Shown: positions 25,803-35,525 of the stretch, piece by piece | Layout: every line of letters begins with the position of its first letter | How positions within the stretch are numbered: position 1 is the first letter of the stretch | DNA from: a virus | Lineage: Duplodnaviria > Heunggongvirae > Uroviricota > Caudoviricetes | Virus record (IMG/VR): IMGVR_UViG_3300037418_001222 | Strand: one strand, 5' to 3' | Length of the DNA: 64,000 nt | Made by a program: the position numbers and the translations under genes | The notes under the pieces: model-generated | Told to the model about the DNA's origin: nothing | Seen by the model: the letters and a program-made list of their open reading frames with translations, nothing else | The model's database searches: none

Positions 25803-26948
25803 TCATTCTTCGGGTCCGTATTCGATTAGAGCTCGCACAAACCCATTCTGTGTGATCGACAAGATACACGCGTCACCGTGTCTCTTCTTGTAGCTGTTCA
25901 CCAGCTCGATAGCCCTCTTAAACGAGATCTTCATCTTCTCTTCTTGTTCATTCTCTTCGGTCTGAACAATTGGAGGGATGAGTGTAATCGCTTCAGTCGC
26001 AGGAGGTAGTTCCTGTTTCGCCTCACGATGAACCTGAGTCGTCTTTTTCGAAGACTCTATCATCTCTGGCCCGGTAAGCTCTTCTCGCTTCTCCTTATCT
26101 TTTCCACGAATGATGGGAGGTTCTCGATTTTCTGGAACTCGAAAGTAGAATGAGTCGTCATCCTGCCTGACTAATCTCGCATTAGTCGCTCGGAACATAC
26201 CCAGAGCCGAAGCTCCCGAAACATTTTGTTTGGTCATCATCAGAGTAAATTGCGTATGAGCCGAGTCATATGACCCAGAAGCAATTCCTGCCGATTTCTG
26301 TTTTCCTGGTGGAAGCTTCGCTCTCGATACTCGAATGACCGGCTCCTCCTGAGGTGAGTCTTGAATGAGCTCAAGAGACCAGTGACCGCTTGGTTTGAAG
26401 TTGTCCTTGTTAACAAAGGCCTCGAACATCGGAGAGTCCATAGGAACATAAAATGATATATTCCTATCGTTGATTCCAATCTTGGCGTCCATATGAGCTC
26501 CTATTGCTATCTGTGGTAGCGGATCGAGTGGTACTACTTTAGAGAAATGGCGATGTATCTGCTGTTGGAGACTCGATGTATGTGAGGCTTCCTTGCGATG
26601 TGGAGTCTTCCGTCCACTCTCGACGCACTTGGGACATCTCCTTTTTCGAGTGTCCCATCCTTTCTTTTGTAGTTTTTTACGAATAACTTCTGGTGGATAT
26701 CTCTTGGAGATATGCCACTCTTGATCGTCTGTACATGTAGAGCACTCAAGATATACTACTGTAATACCTCCGGGTGCGTCTTTGTATCTAATTGGATGAT
26801 CGAGATGTATGGCGTGTGCTACGGCGCCCGCCCATCCAGCGTCCACCATTACGATAATCTCCCCCAGTCGCAGCCACACTGTTTGCATTTCCATCGACCA
26901 GTATTTGCCTCTAAGTGTGCTCCGGCTGGACCACATCTTAGAATACAT
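25803..26948 (-). CDS. hypothetical protein (381 aa; zinc-finger-like CxxC...CPKC N-terminal region)
   Basis: Long ORF; internal ORF-track calls at 26240-26479 and 26534-26749 are alternate frames. Confidence 0.55.
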   Translation of the reverse strand: MYSKMWSSRSTLRGKYWSMEMQTVWLRLGEIIVMVDAGWAGAVAHAIHLDHPIRYKDAPGGITVVYLECSTCTDDQEWHISKRYPPEVIRKKLQKKGWDTRKRRCPKCVESGRKTPHRKEASHTSSLQQQIHRHFSKVVPLDPLPQIAIGAHMDAKIGINDRNISFYVPMDSPMFEAFVNKDNFKPSGHWSLELIQDSPQEEPVIRVSRAKLPPGKQKSAGIASGSYDSAHTQFTLMMTKQNVSGASALGMFRATNARLVRQDDDSFYFRVPENREPPIIRGKDKEKREELTGPEMIESSKKTTQVHREAKQELPPATEAITLIPPIVQTEENEQEEKMKISFKRAIELVNSYKKRHGDACILSITQNGFVRALIEYGPEE

Positions 26949-27012
26949 TTGGTTCGATTAAATTTCGTGGATACGAATCGAATGCACTTATCGATTTTTT
27001 CTCGCATTTCGA

Positions 27013-27183
27013 TTAATCCATATGAAGAGAGTGGCCGTCATCATTCATCGACCTGATGTGTCGATGATTGTTCCTCTCGAGTGATCCTCTCACTCTCATC
27101 ATTCCGATTGGGGAGATCTGGCGAGGAAGCCGAATTCGAAAGATATGTCCGTACTGGTTTACGGATTCAACGATAATGTCCAT
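27013..27183 (-). CDS. hypothetical small protein (56 aa; not in ORF track)
   Basis: ccatGGAGGTGGattgATG after promoter 27211-27239; hand-translated MDIIVESVNQYGHIFRIRLPRQISPIGMMRVRGSLERNNHRHIRSMNDDGHSLHMD. Confidence 0.3.
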   Translation of the reverse strand: MDIIVESVNQYGHIFRIRLPRQISPIGMMRVRGSLERNNHRHIRSMNDDGHSLHMD

Positions 27184-27210
27184 CAATCCACCTCCATGGT
27201 TTGTAAGGAT

Positions 27211-27239
27211 ATCTTATTAACTTGATAGGAAAATGTCAA
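27211..27239 (-). promoter_or_regulatory. sigma70-type early promoter cassette (TTGACA-N17-TAAGAT)
   Basis: Minus: gcctaTTGACAttttcctatcaagttaaTAAGATatcc. Confidence 0.55.
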
Positions 27240-27253
27240 TAGGCATTTTCATG

Positions 27254-27289
27254 AACAACAAAAAGGGCCAGAGCATTACACTCTGGCCC
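27254..27289 (-). terminator. rho-independent terminator (minus strand) for 27315-27791
   Basis: Minus: GGGCCAGAG-tgtaatg-CTCTGGCCC followed by TTTTTGTTGTT. Confidence 0.7.
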
Positions 27290-27314
27290 TAGTGTGGCAC
27301 GCTGATCTCGCAGG

Positions 27315-27791
27315 TTAGGCGTTGGTCTTTTCGGTAGTCTCGGTCTTCACCGGCTCCGGAAGATATCCCCACTTGATGAGGCTCGCCTCGCTCGGAGGAT
27401 TCTTCAGGCCGAGCAGGTACTTCGCCTGCTCTTCCTTCGACCCATCGATCGGGAAGTTCTTCGCCTCCTCGTCGACGAGGATATGGCGGCGGTCGGCATC
27501 CCAGGTGAGATCCTTCCCGCGAACACCACGAGCCTTGCATTCATCTGCATTGGTCATGACGCAGGTCGGCCCATACTTCTCATAGAAGCCATAGGACTGC
27601 GAACCGGGACGCTTCGGATTCGGAGCGATCACGACGATTGCGGTCGGTTCGACCTGAGCCGTTTCCTGAGCCGCATCCGTTCCGCCGTCGGTGGCCGGCT
27701 TCGGCATCGTACGTCCGGTGGAGGCAGTCTGGGAAGCTCCGGTTGCCGCCGATCGGGCACCGGCTCTGGATTGAGTCTTGGTTTCGGCCAT
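27315..27791 (-). CDS. hypothetical protein (158 aa), third member of the NPK(K/R)PGS family, with low-complexity A/T/G/S-rich N-terminus
   Basis: Start trimmed to GGAGagtgccaaATG (MAETKTQ...); ...NPKRPGSQSYGFYEKY...GVRGKDLTWDADRRHILVD. GC-rich. Confidence 0.5.
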   Translation of the reverse strand: MAETKTQSRAGARSAATGASQTASTGRTMPKPATDGGTDAAQETAQVEPTAIVVIAPNPKRPGSQSYGFYEKYGPTCVMTNADECKARGVRGKDLTWDADRRHILVDEEAKNFPIDGSKEEQAKYLLGLKNPPSEASLIKWGYLPEPVKTETTEKTNA

Positions 27792-28048
27792 TTGGCACTC
27801 TCCATTTGCTTGTTTCGGAAGAACAATTTCATCCGATGTATTGATTTCTAATACCAACTGGCACGATTGTAAAGGGTTTTTTCATCGAACGAGAAAATAA
27901 ATTAGCGAACAATAAATCACGCCTTATAATATACGTACACGCGCGCGTAGGCCGTTTGTATCTGTTAATTCCTATCAAGAAAAAAGCCCTTTACAGCGAA
28001 TGAAAACTTGTATATGGTAAGGGAGTTGGATGCAAATGAGAGGAAAAA

Positions 28049-29014
28049 ATGGCAGCCATTCTACCCCCTGATCGTCGTCCCCAGATCATCTCGACTAGGC
28101 GTCGAATTGGTCCGGGACATGAAATAAACACTTCAGGACGAGATGATGCGTTGGATGTAAAGTTCTTCTCCAACGCGAACAGACAACTCAGATATCAGAA
28201 TCTACCTGATATGGATTCGACTGAAACGGACGAAGACATCGTCAGGAAACTCACTGAGCGATTTGAAATCATGAACGAAATGACTATTGAAGCTGCCGAG
28301 GGTCGCTGCCGTGGTCTCGTGATTTCTGGTCCCGGTGGCGTCGGAAAGACCTTTGAGATCGACCGAACCATTAAGGAGATCGATCCCACCGGTGAGCGGT
28401 GTGCATCTCGATCTGGATATTCTACTCCAGTGGGTCTCATTCGTTTATTGCACCAGTTCAGAGATGAGGACTCGGTGCTGAAGCTGGATGATATTGACTC
28501 CATCTTCAACGATGAGAAGGCTCTCAATTTTCTGAAGATCGCCACCGATACGACCCAGCAGCGCATTATTGCGTATGAGACCAATGGGACGATTATGGCC
28601 CATGATGGAGACATCCTCCCTTCAAAGTTCGAGTATAATGGATCTTTGATCTATTGCACGAACTTGGACTTTGATGCCCTGATCGATAAGGGCTCCAAGT
28701 TGTCTCCTCACTTCGAAGCTCTTATGACTCGATCCCACTATATCGATTTGGGGATGAGAACCAAGAGGGACTACCTCATCAGAGTCTTTATGGTGTCGGA
28801 TGAAGGACTCTTCGATAACGTTCAGGGTGGTGCTCTGAATGAACAGGAGAAGAAGGATGTCCTGAACTTCATCGATACCTATCATCGCAACCTTCGGGAG
28901 TGCTCACTTCGAATGGCTTTGAAGATCGGATCTCTTCGAAAGGCATGGAAGGAAGGCGATCCCCACTCGTGGGAGCGGAAGGCTCTAATTACCTGTTGCA
29001 AGGGAGTTCGTTAA
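28049..29014 (+). CDS. P-loop NTPase (AAA-like; Walker A GPGGVGKT, Walker B LKLDDID)
   Basis: LVISGPGGVGKTF and SVLKLDDIDSI; 321 aa; preceded by a divergent promoter region. Confidence 0.55.
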   Translation: MAAILPPDRRPQIISTRRRIGPGHEINTSGRDDALDVKFFSNANRQLRYQNLPDMDSTETDEDIVRKLTERFEIMNEMTIEAAEGRCRGLVISGPGGVGKTFEIDRTIKEIDPTGERCASRSGYSTPVGLIRLLHQFRDEDSVLKLDDIDSIFNDEKALNFLKIATDTTQQRIIAYETNGTIMAHDGDILPSKFEYNGSLIYCTNLDFDALIDKGSKLSPHFEALMTRSHYIDLGMRTKRDYLIRVFMVSDEGLFDNVQGGALNEQEKKDVLNFIDTYHRNLRECSLRMALKIGSLRKAWKEGDPHSWERKALITCCKGVR

Positions 29015-29015
29015 T

Positions 29016-29375
29016 ATGGAGATCATTCCGTCAGAATTGAAACTTATTCTTCTCACGAAAAATGAGAGGGAAAAGTTCGACACTCTTACGAAAGAGGATC
29101 AGGACAAAATCTTATATATGCTGGACTTGGAAACGATGGTCCCTATTGTGGTCGCTCTAGAAGGATCGAATGTAGCGTCGCTTCGACTTATTATCAAAGC
29201 GCTCGATATCGCTGTCGATCATCTTCCGGATCGTCTACACAAAGTTCTTAATGATACAAGGGACATGTTCTATACCGTTTTGTCTCAGACTATGATGACG
29301 GTAATGGATGGAAATTGTCCTGATTGTGGTGAACCATTAGAGGAGCACTCTGATGAGTCTCATAGCATCAACTAA
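29016..29375 (+). CDS. hypothetical protein (119 aa; C-terminal CPDC)
   Basis: ORF translationally coupled to the ATPase gene. Confidence 0.5.
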   Translation: MEIIPSELKLILLTKNEREKFDTLTKEDQDKILYMLDLETMVPIVVALEGSNVASLRLIIKALDIAVDHLPDRLHKVLNDTRDMFYTVLSQTMMTVMDGNCPDCGEPLEEHSDESHSIN

Positions 29376-29520
29376 TAGGTTCACCGAGCTCGTGATAAGA
29401 GTTTATATCGCACTCTCGACGATCAAGATGATTGGTCCTGAAGATCCTCGAATTGGTGAACTTGGAGAACGTGGAGAGATTCTACTCGAATATCTATCGC
29501 GCCGGGTGAAGAGATAACGA
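29353..29520 (+). CDS. hypothetical small protein (55 aa; not in ORF track)
   Basis: ATG overlaps the end of the upstream gene; hand-translated MSLIASTNRFTELVIRVYIALSTIKMIGPEDPRIGELGERGEILLEYLSRRVKR. Confidence 0.3.
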
Positions 29521-29548
29521 GTTCCTCTGTGCATCCAACAGCCAGAGG

Positions 29549-29590
29549 GGGCGGTGGGGAACGTTGGGTCTCCACCGCCCAATTTTATTA
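29549..29590 (+). terminator. rho-independent terminator
   Basis: GGGCGGTGG-ggaacgttgggtct-CCACCGCCC followed by aaTTTTATT. Confidence 0.65.
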
Positions 29591-29779
29591 CTTCAGCCGT
29601 TCTCGATGCATGGTAATAATTGGTTCATCGAGATCTCTAAGATTGTAGCACCAGACCGATACTGGTGCGTTGCAAGCGGGACAATCTCTAGTATTGGCGG
29701 CCGCCTCCCATTTTCGGACATTCCTCTTGTACCACCGGCTAGGATTAGTCGGTGTAATATGTATCGGTCGTCTAGGCAT
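29588..29779 (-). CDS. hypothetical protein (63 aa; CPAC)
   Basis: aAAGGAGGGctgacATG after promoter 29841-29870. Confidence 0.4.
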   Translation of the reverse strand: MPRRPIHITPTNPSRWYKRNVRKWEAAANTRDCPACNAPVSVWCYNLRDLDEPIITMHRERLK

Positions 29780-29840
29780 GTCAGCCCTCCTTTAAAATGA
29801 CCTCATATCCCTTCGGTCATTAGGGCCTTGTTGCAGGATC

Positions 29841-29870
29841 CTTCTAATCCATTTCCAGAAATTTGTCAAT
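29841..29870 (-). promoter_or_regulatory. sigma70-type promoter (TTGACA-N18-TAGAAG)
   Basis: Minus: gctaTTGACAaatttctggaaatggatTAGAAGgatc. Confidence 0.5.
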
Positions 29871-30047
29871 AGCAAATTTATCGATATCTAGATTCCCATT
29901 ATAAAGGGAAAATTCAATACCAAACGCAATCCAGATTGCCCTTCTGAATGGCCTTCTGGAATATTTTCGATTAAAAGGGTATATCCTATTGCTAATTGAT
30001 AACCTTGATTCTCTGATCATCTGAGTCAATGTTGCCTTACATTCCTA

Positions 30048-30076
30048 TTGACAATTTCTAGAACTCCATGTATAAT
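30048..30076 (+). promoter_or_regulatory. consensus sigma70 promoter (TTGACA-N17-TATAAT) for the DUF72 gene
   Basis: ctaTTGACAatttctagaactccatgTATAATgaagatgg. Confidence 0.7.
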
Positions 30077-30102
30077 GAAGATGGGCCAGAAGAGGTGTAT
30101 AG

Positions 30103-30879
30103 ATGTATTTAATTGGCACGTCAGGATTTCAATACGGCCACTGGAAGGGAACATTCTACCCAGAGGGTACGAAGGAATTGTTCTCGTTCTATCAAACGTG
30201 GTTCAATACGGTAGAGATAAATTCGTCATTCTATCATATGCCAAAGAGAACGACGTGTGAGTCATGGAACAATAAGACTCCGGATGACTTTAAGTTTGTG
30301 CTAAAGGCGCCAAGAGGAATCACTCACTATTGTAAGCTATCCAATAATTGCTACTCGATAGTATGTGACTTCATTAGAGCCACCGAACCATTGATAGATA
30401 AGATCGCTTGTATTCTCTGGCAGTTCCCTCCGTCATTCAGGATGAACTCTCAAACAGTAGATCGTCTTGGATATTTCTGTGAGCAGATACAACCATGGTT
30501 TCCGTATTCGGCATTCGAATTTAGGCATGACTCATGGTTAGACGAAAGGATAGTAAATGCTCTAATAGACTACGACTTCGAATACGTGAGGTCGGATCAT
30601 CGAAATATGAACTCCCTCTTCTTTCCAAGACCAAAGTCGAAGTTCTCTTACTTTCGAATGCACGGTCCGAAGGGAAATTACAGAGGATCCTATTCGGATG
30701 TTACACTAGATAGGATTGCGGCCGAAATGAGAGAGACTGAGTTCTCGTTAGCGTATTTCGATAATGACTTCGATGTGGGAGCACCGTACGATGCTCAGAA
30801 ACTAATTGGCAGATTAAGTAGTGAAGTACGCCCAACGAGCCTTATGTCTGCGAGTAACGACTATTGGGGTGGTCCATGA
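30103..30879 (+). CDS. DUF72 (YecE-like TIM-barrel) family protein
   Basis: LIGTSGFQYGHWKGTFYPEGTKELFSFYQTWFNTVEINSSFYHMP...WNNKTPDDFKFVLKAP matches the DUF72 signature G.sGW.y..W.g.FYP......L..Y...F..VEiN.tFY. Confidence 0.65.
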   Translation: MYLIGTSGFQYGHWKGTFYPEGTKELFSFYQTWFNTVEINSSFYHMPKRTTCESWNNKTPDDFKFVLKAPRGITHYCKLSNNCYSIVCDFIRATEPLIDKIACILWQFPPSFRMNSQTVDRLGYFCEQIQPWFPYSAFEFRHDSWLDERIVNALIDYDFEYVRSDHRNMNSLFFPRPKSKFSYFRMHGPKGNYRGSYSDVTLDRIAAEMRETEFSLAYFDNDFDVGAPYDAQKLIGRLSSEVRPTSLMSASNDYWGGP

Positions 30880-32133
30880 TACTTTAATCTGACCATTAGC
30901 GCCTGCACCACCAGGAGATGAGGACGATCCTCCACCTCCACCACCACCAGGAACCGAGCCGCCTAAACCCGTGCCTCCAGCAGAGCCTGTGCCAGCCGTT
31001 GAAACCTTTGCACCGCCTTGGCCACCAGCGCCGCCATCGGGCGAGCCTGCCGTGCCCGCCGCGGGGCGTGTAGTGGATGTCGCCGTTGAGCCTGCCGCGC
31101 CCGCACCGCCGGCGCCTGCGGAGCCTGCACCGCCCCCGCCTGAACCACCGCCTTGGGTGCCGCCACCGCCGCCTGCACCACCGTTACCACCAGCATAGCT
31201 GATTTGCCCTGTAGTAGCAGTAGCACCGTTGACTGTAGAACCGCTTGCAGTAACGCCGTTCGCGCCACCATTGGCCACGGCATAGTCAACAGAACTTTTT
31301 GTCGCCTTCGATGTGCCACCAGAAGTGCCGTTGCCGCTGGCCGATCCGGCAGTGCCCCCCGTTCCAACAGTGAGCGTGATGACATCGCCGTTGGTGACGG
31401 AGAAAGTTTGCAGACAGTATGCGCCGCCCGCACCACCAGAACCTTTACCGCCGCCTCCGCCGCCGCCCGCGCCCCAACTTTCAATCTGTATAGCGGTCGT
31501 GCCGGAGGGAGGATCATTCGCGCCGCCGCCGCCGACCGTGATGGTGGTCGTTCCGGTCGCAGTGATTGTCTCGGTGGTGATACTACCCGATGTTTCCACG
31601 ACGAGATACGGATTTTTACCCGCACCGACTACGGCATCGGCGGCATATAACTGGATAGAAGCTGTGGCTGTTGGCGCGGATGTGCTCTCCACAACGTCTT
31701 CGGTTAAGAGCAGACCATAAGTAGACGAGACGGAATAACTGCCAAGGACTATGGCCGATGTTCCGTTAGAGAGAACGGCAGCACTTCCTATAGACGTGCC
31801 CGCCAGTGTCGCACCGGCGACAAAGTTACTTGTTCCGGAACCGGACCACGTATCAGTGTAAGCATTGATATTACGGCCAGTGACGGTGCCGTTTTGGGTT
31901 ACGTATAGGGTAGCCGTCCCTCCTGACGGCATCGCGCTGGTATCGAAATGAAGGAAGCTCTCGTTTACAGTGTAAGTACTCGCATTCAGCCAGCCGGAGG
32001 CGTTATCTAATGTTGTTCCAGTAGCGCCGGCGGCTAGCGTCGATGAGCCTGCTCGAGCATTCAACCACGCAGCATCTGTCGAGGTTACGGTGTAGTCATC
32101 TGTGTTCGCGTAGGCGACATACTTTAGACCCAT
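30814..32133 (-). CDS. glycine-rich tail-fibre-like protein (439 aa)
   Basis: Long poly-Gly/Ala/Ser/Thr tracts (GGGGGGGKGSGGAGG...); the GC-rich Gly codons generate the spurious overlapping ORFs in the track. Confidence 0.55.
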   Translation of the reverse strand: MGLKYVAYANTDDYTVTSTDAAWLNARAGSSTLAAGATGTTLDNASGWLNASTYTVNESFLHFDTSAMPSGGTATLYVTQNGTVTGRNINAYTDTWSGSGTSNFVAGATLAGTSIGSAAVLSNGTSAIVLGSYSVSSTYGLLLTEDVVESTSAPTATASIQLYAADAVVGAGKNPYLVVETSGSITTETITATGTTTITVGGGGANDPPSGTTAIQIESWGAGGGGGGGKGSGGAGGAYCLQTFSVTNGDVITLTVGTGGTAGSASGNGTSGGTSKATKSSVDYAVANGGANGVTASGSTVNGATATTGQISYAGGNGGAGGGGGTQGGGSGGGGAGSAGAGGAGAAGSTATSTTRPAAGTAGSPDGGAGGQGGAKVSTAGTGSAGGTGLGGSVPGGGGGGGSSSSPGGAGANGQIKVSWTTPIVVTRRHKARWAYFTT

Positions 32134-32483
32134 TATCTCGCGTCCTCAAGAAACTGTTTAGCGTACGAGACGAGTTGAGTAGTAGTTGCATTGTCTGGTA
32201 TGTTAATGCTGGTGAGAACTCTTAGGTCTAAATTTTTATTAATCGCACCTTTTCCATTTCCTGCCGATACTGAATATCGAAACACTAGAGCATCTACACC
32301 AGAAGGAACTATTTCATGACTATTATAGATATTTCCTTTTGGCTGACACCAATCAGAATAGGGTCCAGTAACGCTCACACACGAAAATAGAGTGTAAGTT
32401 AGTCCATTAAATGTGAATGGTACATTGATAATCGATTGGACGGCAGAAGCAATTGTATCAAACGCGACTTTACTTTGCATCAA
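32133..32483 (-). CDS. hypothetical structural protein (116 aa)
   Basis: ORF translationally coupled between two fibre-like genes. Confidence 0.45.
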   Translation of the reverse strand: MMQSKVAFDTIASAVQSIINVPFTFNGLTYTLFSCVSVTGPYSDWCQPKGNIYNSHEIVPSGVDALVFRYSVSAGNGKGAINKNLDLRVLTSINIPDNATTTQLVSYAKQFLEDAR

Positions 32484-35400
32484 TTACTCCGTTAATTTGA
32501 TCATGATATCCGATGGAGCATTAGTTGTATCTGCTGGAGCTTGAATATAAACGTTATTTCCAGATGATACTGCCGTTGTACTTAATGAAATAGTACCACT
32601 ATTTGAAGTTGAAAACACTATGTTTCCAATATTAGTACCATCTTTAAATATTGTAAATGATACTGATGCCGCCGAAGCAGTGAGTGATTTTGCCGAACTA
32701 CTTGTAGCATTTAATGTCATAGCATAAGGAGCTAGACCACCACCAATATATTCACTGTTAGCTGGCTTTCCAGAACAAAATACCATTAAAGCCTTCGCAT
32801 TTGTTGGTCCAGTAGGACCTGTTGATCCTTGAGAGCCAGTGAATCCAGTAGGACCGGTCGAACCCTGGCTTCCTGTAAATCCAGTCGGTCCTGTCGAGCC
32901 CTGTGATCCTGTAAATCCAGTTGGTCCCGTCGATCCCTGGGATCCAGTGAATCCTGTAGGACCGGTAGAGCCTTGAGAGCCAGTGAATCCAGTAGTTCCA
33001 GTGGTGCCTTGGCTTCCTGTAAATCCGGTTGGCCCTGTCGAGCCCTGGGATCCAGTGAATCCGGTTGGTCCTGTCGTTCCTTGAGAACCAGTAAATCCAG
33101 TCGGTCCTGTCGAACCCTGAGATCCTGTAAATCCAACATCACCACTTCTGCTAAAATTTAATACGAGAGGAGCTGAGTTAGCCGGAAGAGCTCCAGAAAC
33201 GTACGTAACGGTTATTGTTCTATATCCAGTTGAGTCTACAACAGAACCCGTTACTTTGAATATAACTGGTGCATTCGCCGTATTGGCTGACTGGAAAATC
33301 ATGTATCCATGAACTCCAGTGGTTGAGTCATCAAAAGTATCTAGCCACGCAGTAACATCAGTAGACGATACGTCTACATTATCAATATAGATCGATGTAA
33401 CGGATGCTATTGTTGCTGAATTAAACCTAACATTTCCATTTCCTGGATCGGCATTGGTAATAGTCGTACTAAATGTGTATGGAATTCCTCCCATACTTCC
33501 AATAGATCCAGTGAATCCGGTTGGCCCAGTTAGACCAGTCGATCCCTGAGATCCTGTGAATCCTGTCGGTCCTGTTGGACCAGTTGAACCTTGTGAACCT
33601 GTGAACCCAGTTGGTCCTGTCGAACCCTGACTACCTGTAAATCCAACGTCACCAGTTCTACTAAAACTTAATACTAATGATGATGCATTTGTTGGTAGAG
33701 ATCCAGAAAGATACGTTACCGATATTGTTCTGTATCCGGTTGAGTCTACAACTGAGCCTGTTACTTTAAAAATAACTGGAGTTGACGATATAGATGCCGA
33801 CTCAAACACCATATACCCATGTGTTGAAGTTGTAGAGTCATCAAAAGTATCCAACCATGCAGTAACATCAGTTCCAGAAGAATCTAAATTATCGATATAA
33901 ATCGATGTTACAGATGCAATAGTCGCAGAGTTAAATCGTACTGTTCCATTTCCTGGATCAGAATTAGTAATAGTTGTACTAAATGTGTATGGAACTCCAG
34001 CTCTGGTTCCAACTGAACCAGTAAAACCCGTTGGTCCGGTTGGGCCAGTTGATCCAGCAGTTCCTTGTGATCCGGTGAATCCTGTTGGACCTGTCGGACC
34101 AGTAGATCCAGCAGTTCCCTGAGAACCAGTGAATCCTGTCGAGCCTTGTGATCCGGTAAAACCCGTAGGCCCCGTTGGGCCAGTCGAGCCCTGACTTCCA
34201 GTGAAGCCAGTTGCCCCTTGTGATCCTGTAAACCCAGTTGGTCCCGTTGGACCAGTAGATCCCTGTGATCCGGTGAAACCTATTGCGCCTTGGCTTCCAG
34301 TAAAGCCAGTTGGGCCTGTTGGACCCGTTGAACCTTGAGAACCGGTAAAGCCAGTTGGTCCTGTCGGCCCTGTCGCTCCCTGTGATCCAGTAAATCCTGT
34401 CGGTCCGGTCGTTCCTGTTGATCCATCAGCTCCAGCACTACCAGTATAACCAATCGGTCCCTGTGGCCCAGTAGGACCAGCTACTGTCGACGCTGATCCG
34501 GTGAATCCTGTTGGACCAGTTGAACCCTGTGATCCAGTGAAGCCAGTTGGTCCAATAGAACCAACATCGCCCTGTGATCCTGTATAACCTATATCGCCTT
34601 GTGATCCAGTAAATCCAATAACACCTTGTGATCCGGCATATCCTGTTGAACCTTGAGATCCTGTAAATCCAATTGATCCAGTAAATCCGGTAACGCCTTG
34701 TGATCCAGTATAGCCAATATCACCTTGTGATCCAGTAAATCCTACTTGGCCCTGAATCTTTCCTACATCTTGCCATGAGGATCCATTCCACACCCAGAGG
34801 TCGCCATTAATAAGATATGCATCTCCAGACGAACCAGATGCAGGAAGATCGGCGGAACTCGCTAGGGTTCCGATAATATTGATTCCTTGTCCAATCGATC
34901 CTGTGTATCCAATAGATCCCGTATAACCGGTGTCGCCCTGAGAGCCAGTGAATCCTACTTGTCCTTGAGGTCCCATTGAACCCACTGAACCAGTGAATCC
35001 TATAACTCCCTGCGAACCAGTATACCCGGTCGATCCTTGTGATCCAGTAAATCCAATATCACCCTGTGATCCAGCGTATCCGGTTACGCCTATTGGACCC
35101 TCAATACCTTGTGATCCAGTGAATCCAATGTTTCCTTGAGAGCCAGTATATCCAGTAGCTCCGTCAGCACCAGAACTTCCGGTGAATCCGATTGAACCAG
35201 TGTATCCAAGCTGTCCCGGTGCCGTTGATGCAGAACCAGTATAACCCGTTGTTCCTTGAGAACCAGTATATCCGATTGAACCCGTATATCCTACCGATCC
35301 AGTATATCCATCTCTACCAATAAATCCAGCAGATCCAGTGTATCCTCTAGCAACCTGCAATATCTCCATTTCCATAGAGGTATTCGCGATGGTGTATGTC

Positions 35401-35525
35401 ACGGCATCAGAATCAAAAGATTGTAATACGTCAATTTGAATCGAGTATGGATTACCAATATCGACTATGTTTGTTGGAACGGATCCAAGCTGTGTTATAT
35501 CTTCAATACGGAGACTATAAACCAT
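32484..35525 (-). CDS. collagen-like triple-helix repeat fibre protein (1013 aa)
   Basis: Hundreds of G-X-Y triplets ([13 protein letters not shown]...), interrupted by two ~110-aa near-identical globular repeats ([37 protein letters not shown]...) and one central domain. Confidence 0.75.
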   Translation of the reverse strand: MVYSLRIEDITQLGSVPTNIVDIGNPYSIQIDVLQSFDSDAVTYTIANTSMEMEILQVARGYTGSAGFIGRDGYTGSVGYTGSIGYTGSQGTTGYTGSASTAPGQLGYTGSIGFTGSSGADGATGYTGSQGNIGFTGSQGIEGPIGVTGYAGSQGDIGFTGSQGSTGYTGSQGVIGFTGSVGSMGPQGQVGFTGSQGDTGYTGSIGYTGSIGQGINIIGTLASSADLPASGSSGDAYLINGDLWVWNGSSWQDVGKIQGQVGFTGSQGDIGYTGSQGVTGFTGSIGFTGSQGSTGYAGSQGVIGFTGSQGDIGYTGSQGDVGSIGPTGFTGSQGSTGPTGFTGSASTVAGPTGPQGPIGYTGSAGADGSTGTTGPTGFTGSQGATGPTGPTGFTGSQGSTGPTGPTGFTGSQGAIGFTGSQGSTGPTGPTGFTGSQGATGFTGSQGSTGPTGPTGFTGSQGSTGFTGSQGTAGSTGPTGPTGFTGSQGTAGSTGPTGPTGFTGSVGTRAGVPYTFSTTITNSDPGNGTVRFNSATIASVTSIYIDNLDSSGTDVTAWLDTFDDSTTSTHGYMVFESASISSTPVIFKVTGSVVDSTGYRTISVTYLSGSLPTNASSLVLSFSRTGDVGFTGSQGSTGPTGFTGSQGSTGPTGPTGFTGSQGSTGLTGPTGFTGSIGSMGGIPYTFSTTITNADPGNGNVRFNSATIASVTSIYIDNVDVSSTDVTAWLDTFDDSTTGVHGYMIFQSANTANAPVIFKVTGSVVDSTGYRTITVTYVSGALPANSAPLVLNFSRSGDVGFTGSQGSTGPTGFTGSQGTTGPTGFTGSQGSTGPTGFTGSQGTTGTTGFTGSQGSTGPTGFTGSQGSTGPTGFTGSQGSTGPTGFTGSQGSTGPTGFTGSQGSTGPTGPTNAKALMVFCSGKPANSEYIGGGLAPYAMTLNATSSSAKSLTASAASVSFTIFKDGTNIGNIVFSTSNSGTISLSTTAVSSGNNVYIQAPADTTNAPSDIMIKLTE

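Noticed and set aside
30963-31720. ORF-track calls 30963-31625(-), 30971-31198(+), 31153-31650(+), 31313-31720(+) rich in Pro/Ala/Arg
   Set aside because: All overlap the 439-aa Gly-rich fibre gene. GGN/GCN-rich DNA is open in several frames. The Gly-run frame is the one continuous with the coupled downstream genes.
32484-35525. Periodic DNA repeats suggestive of a CRISPR-like or tandem-repeat array
   Set aside because: The periodicity is 9-bp Gly-X-Y coding repetition within one long ORF. There are no spacer/repeat units or a leader, and the internal ORF calls (32786-33145, 32973-33161) are alternate frames.
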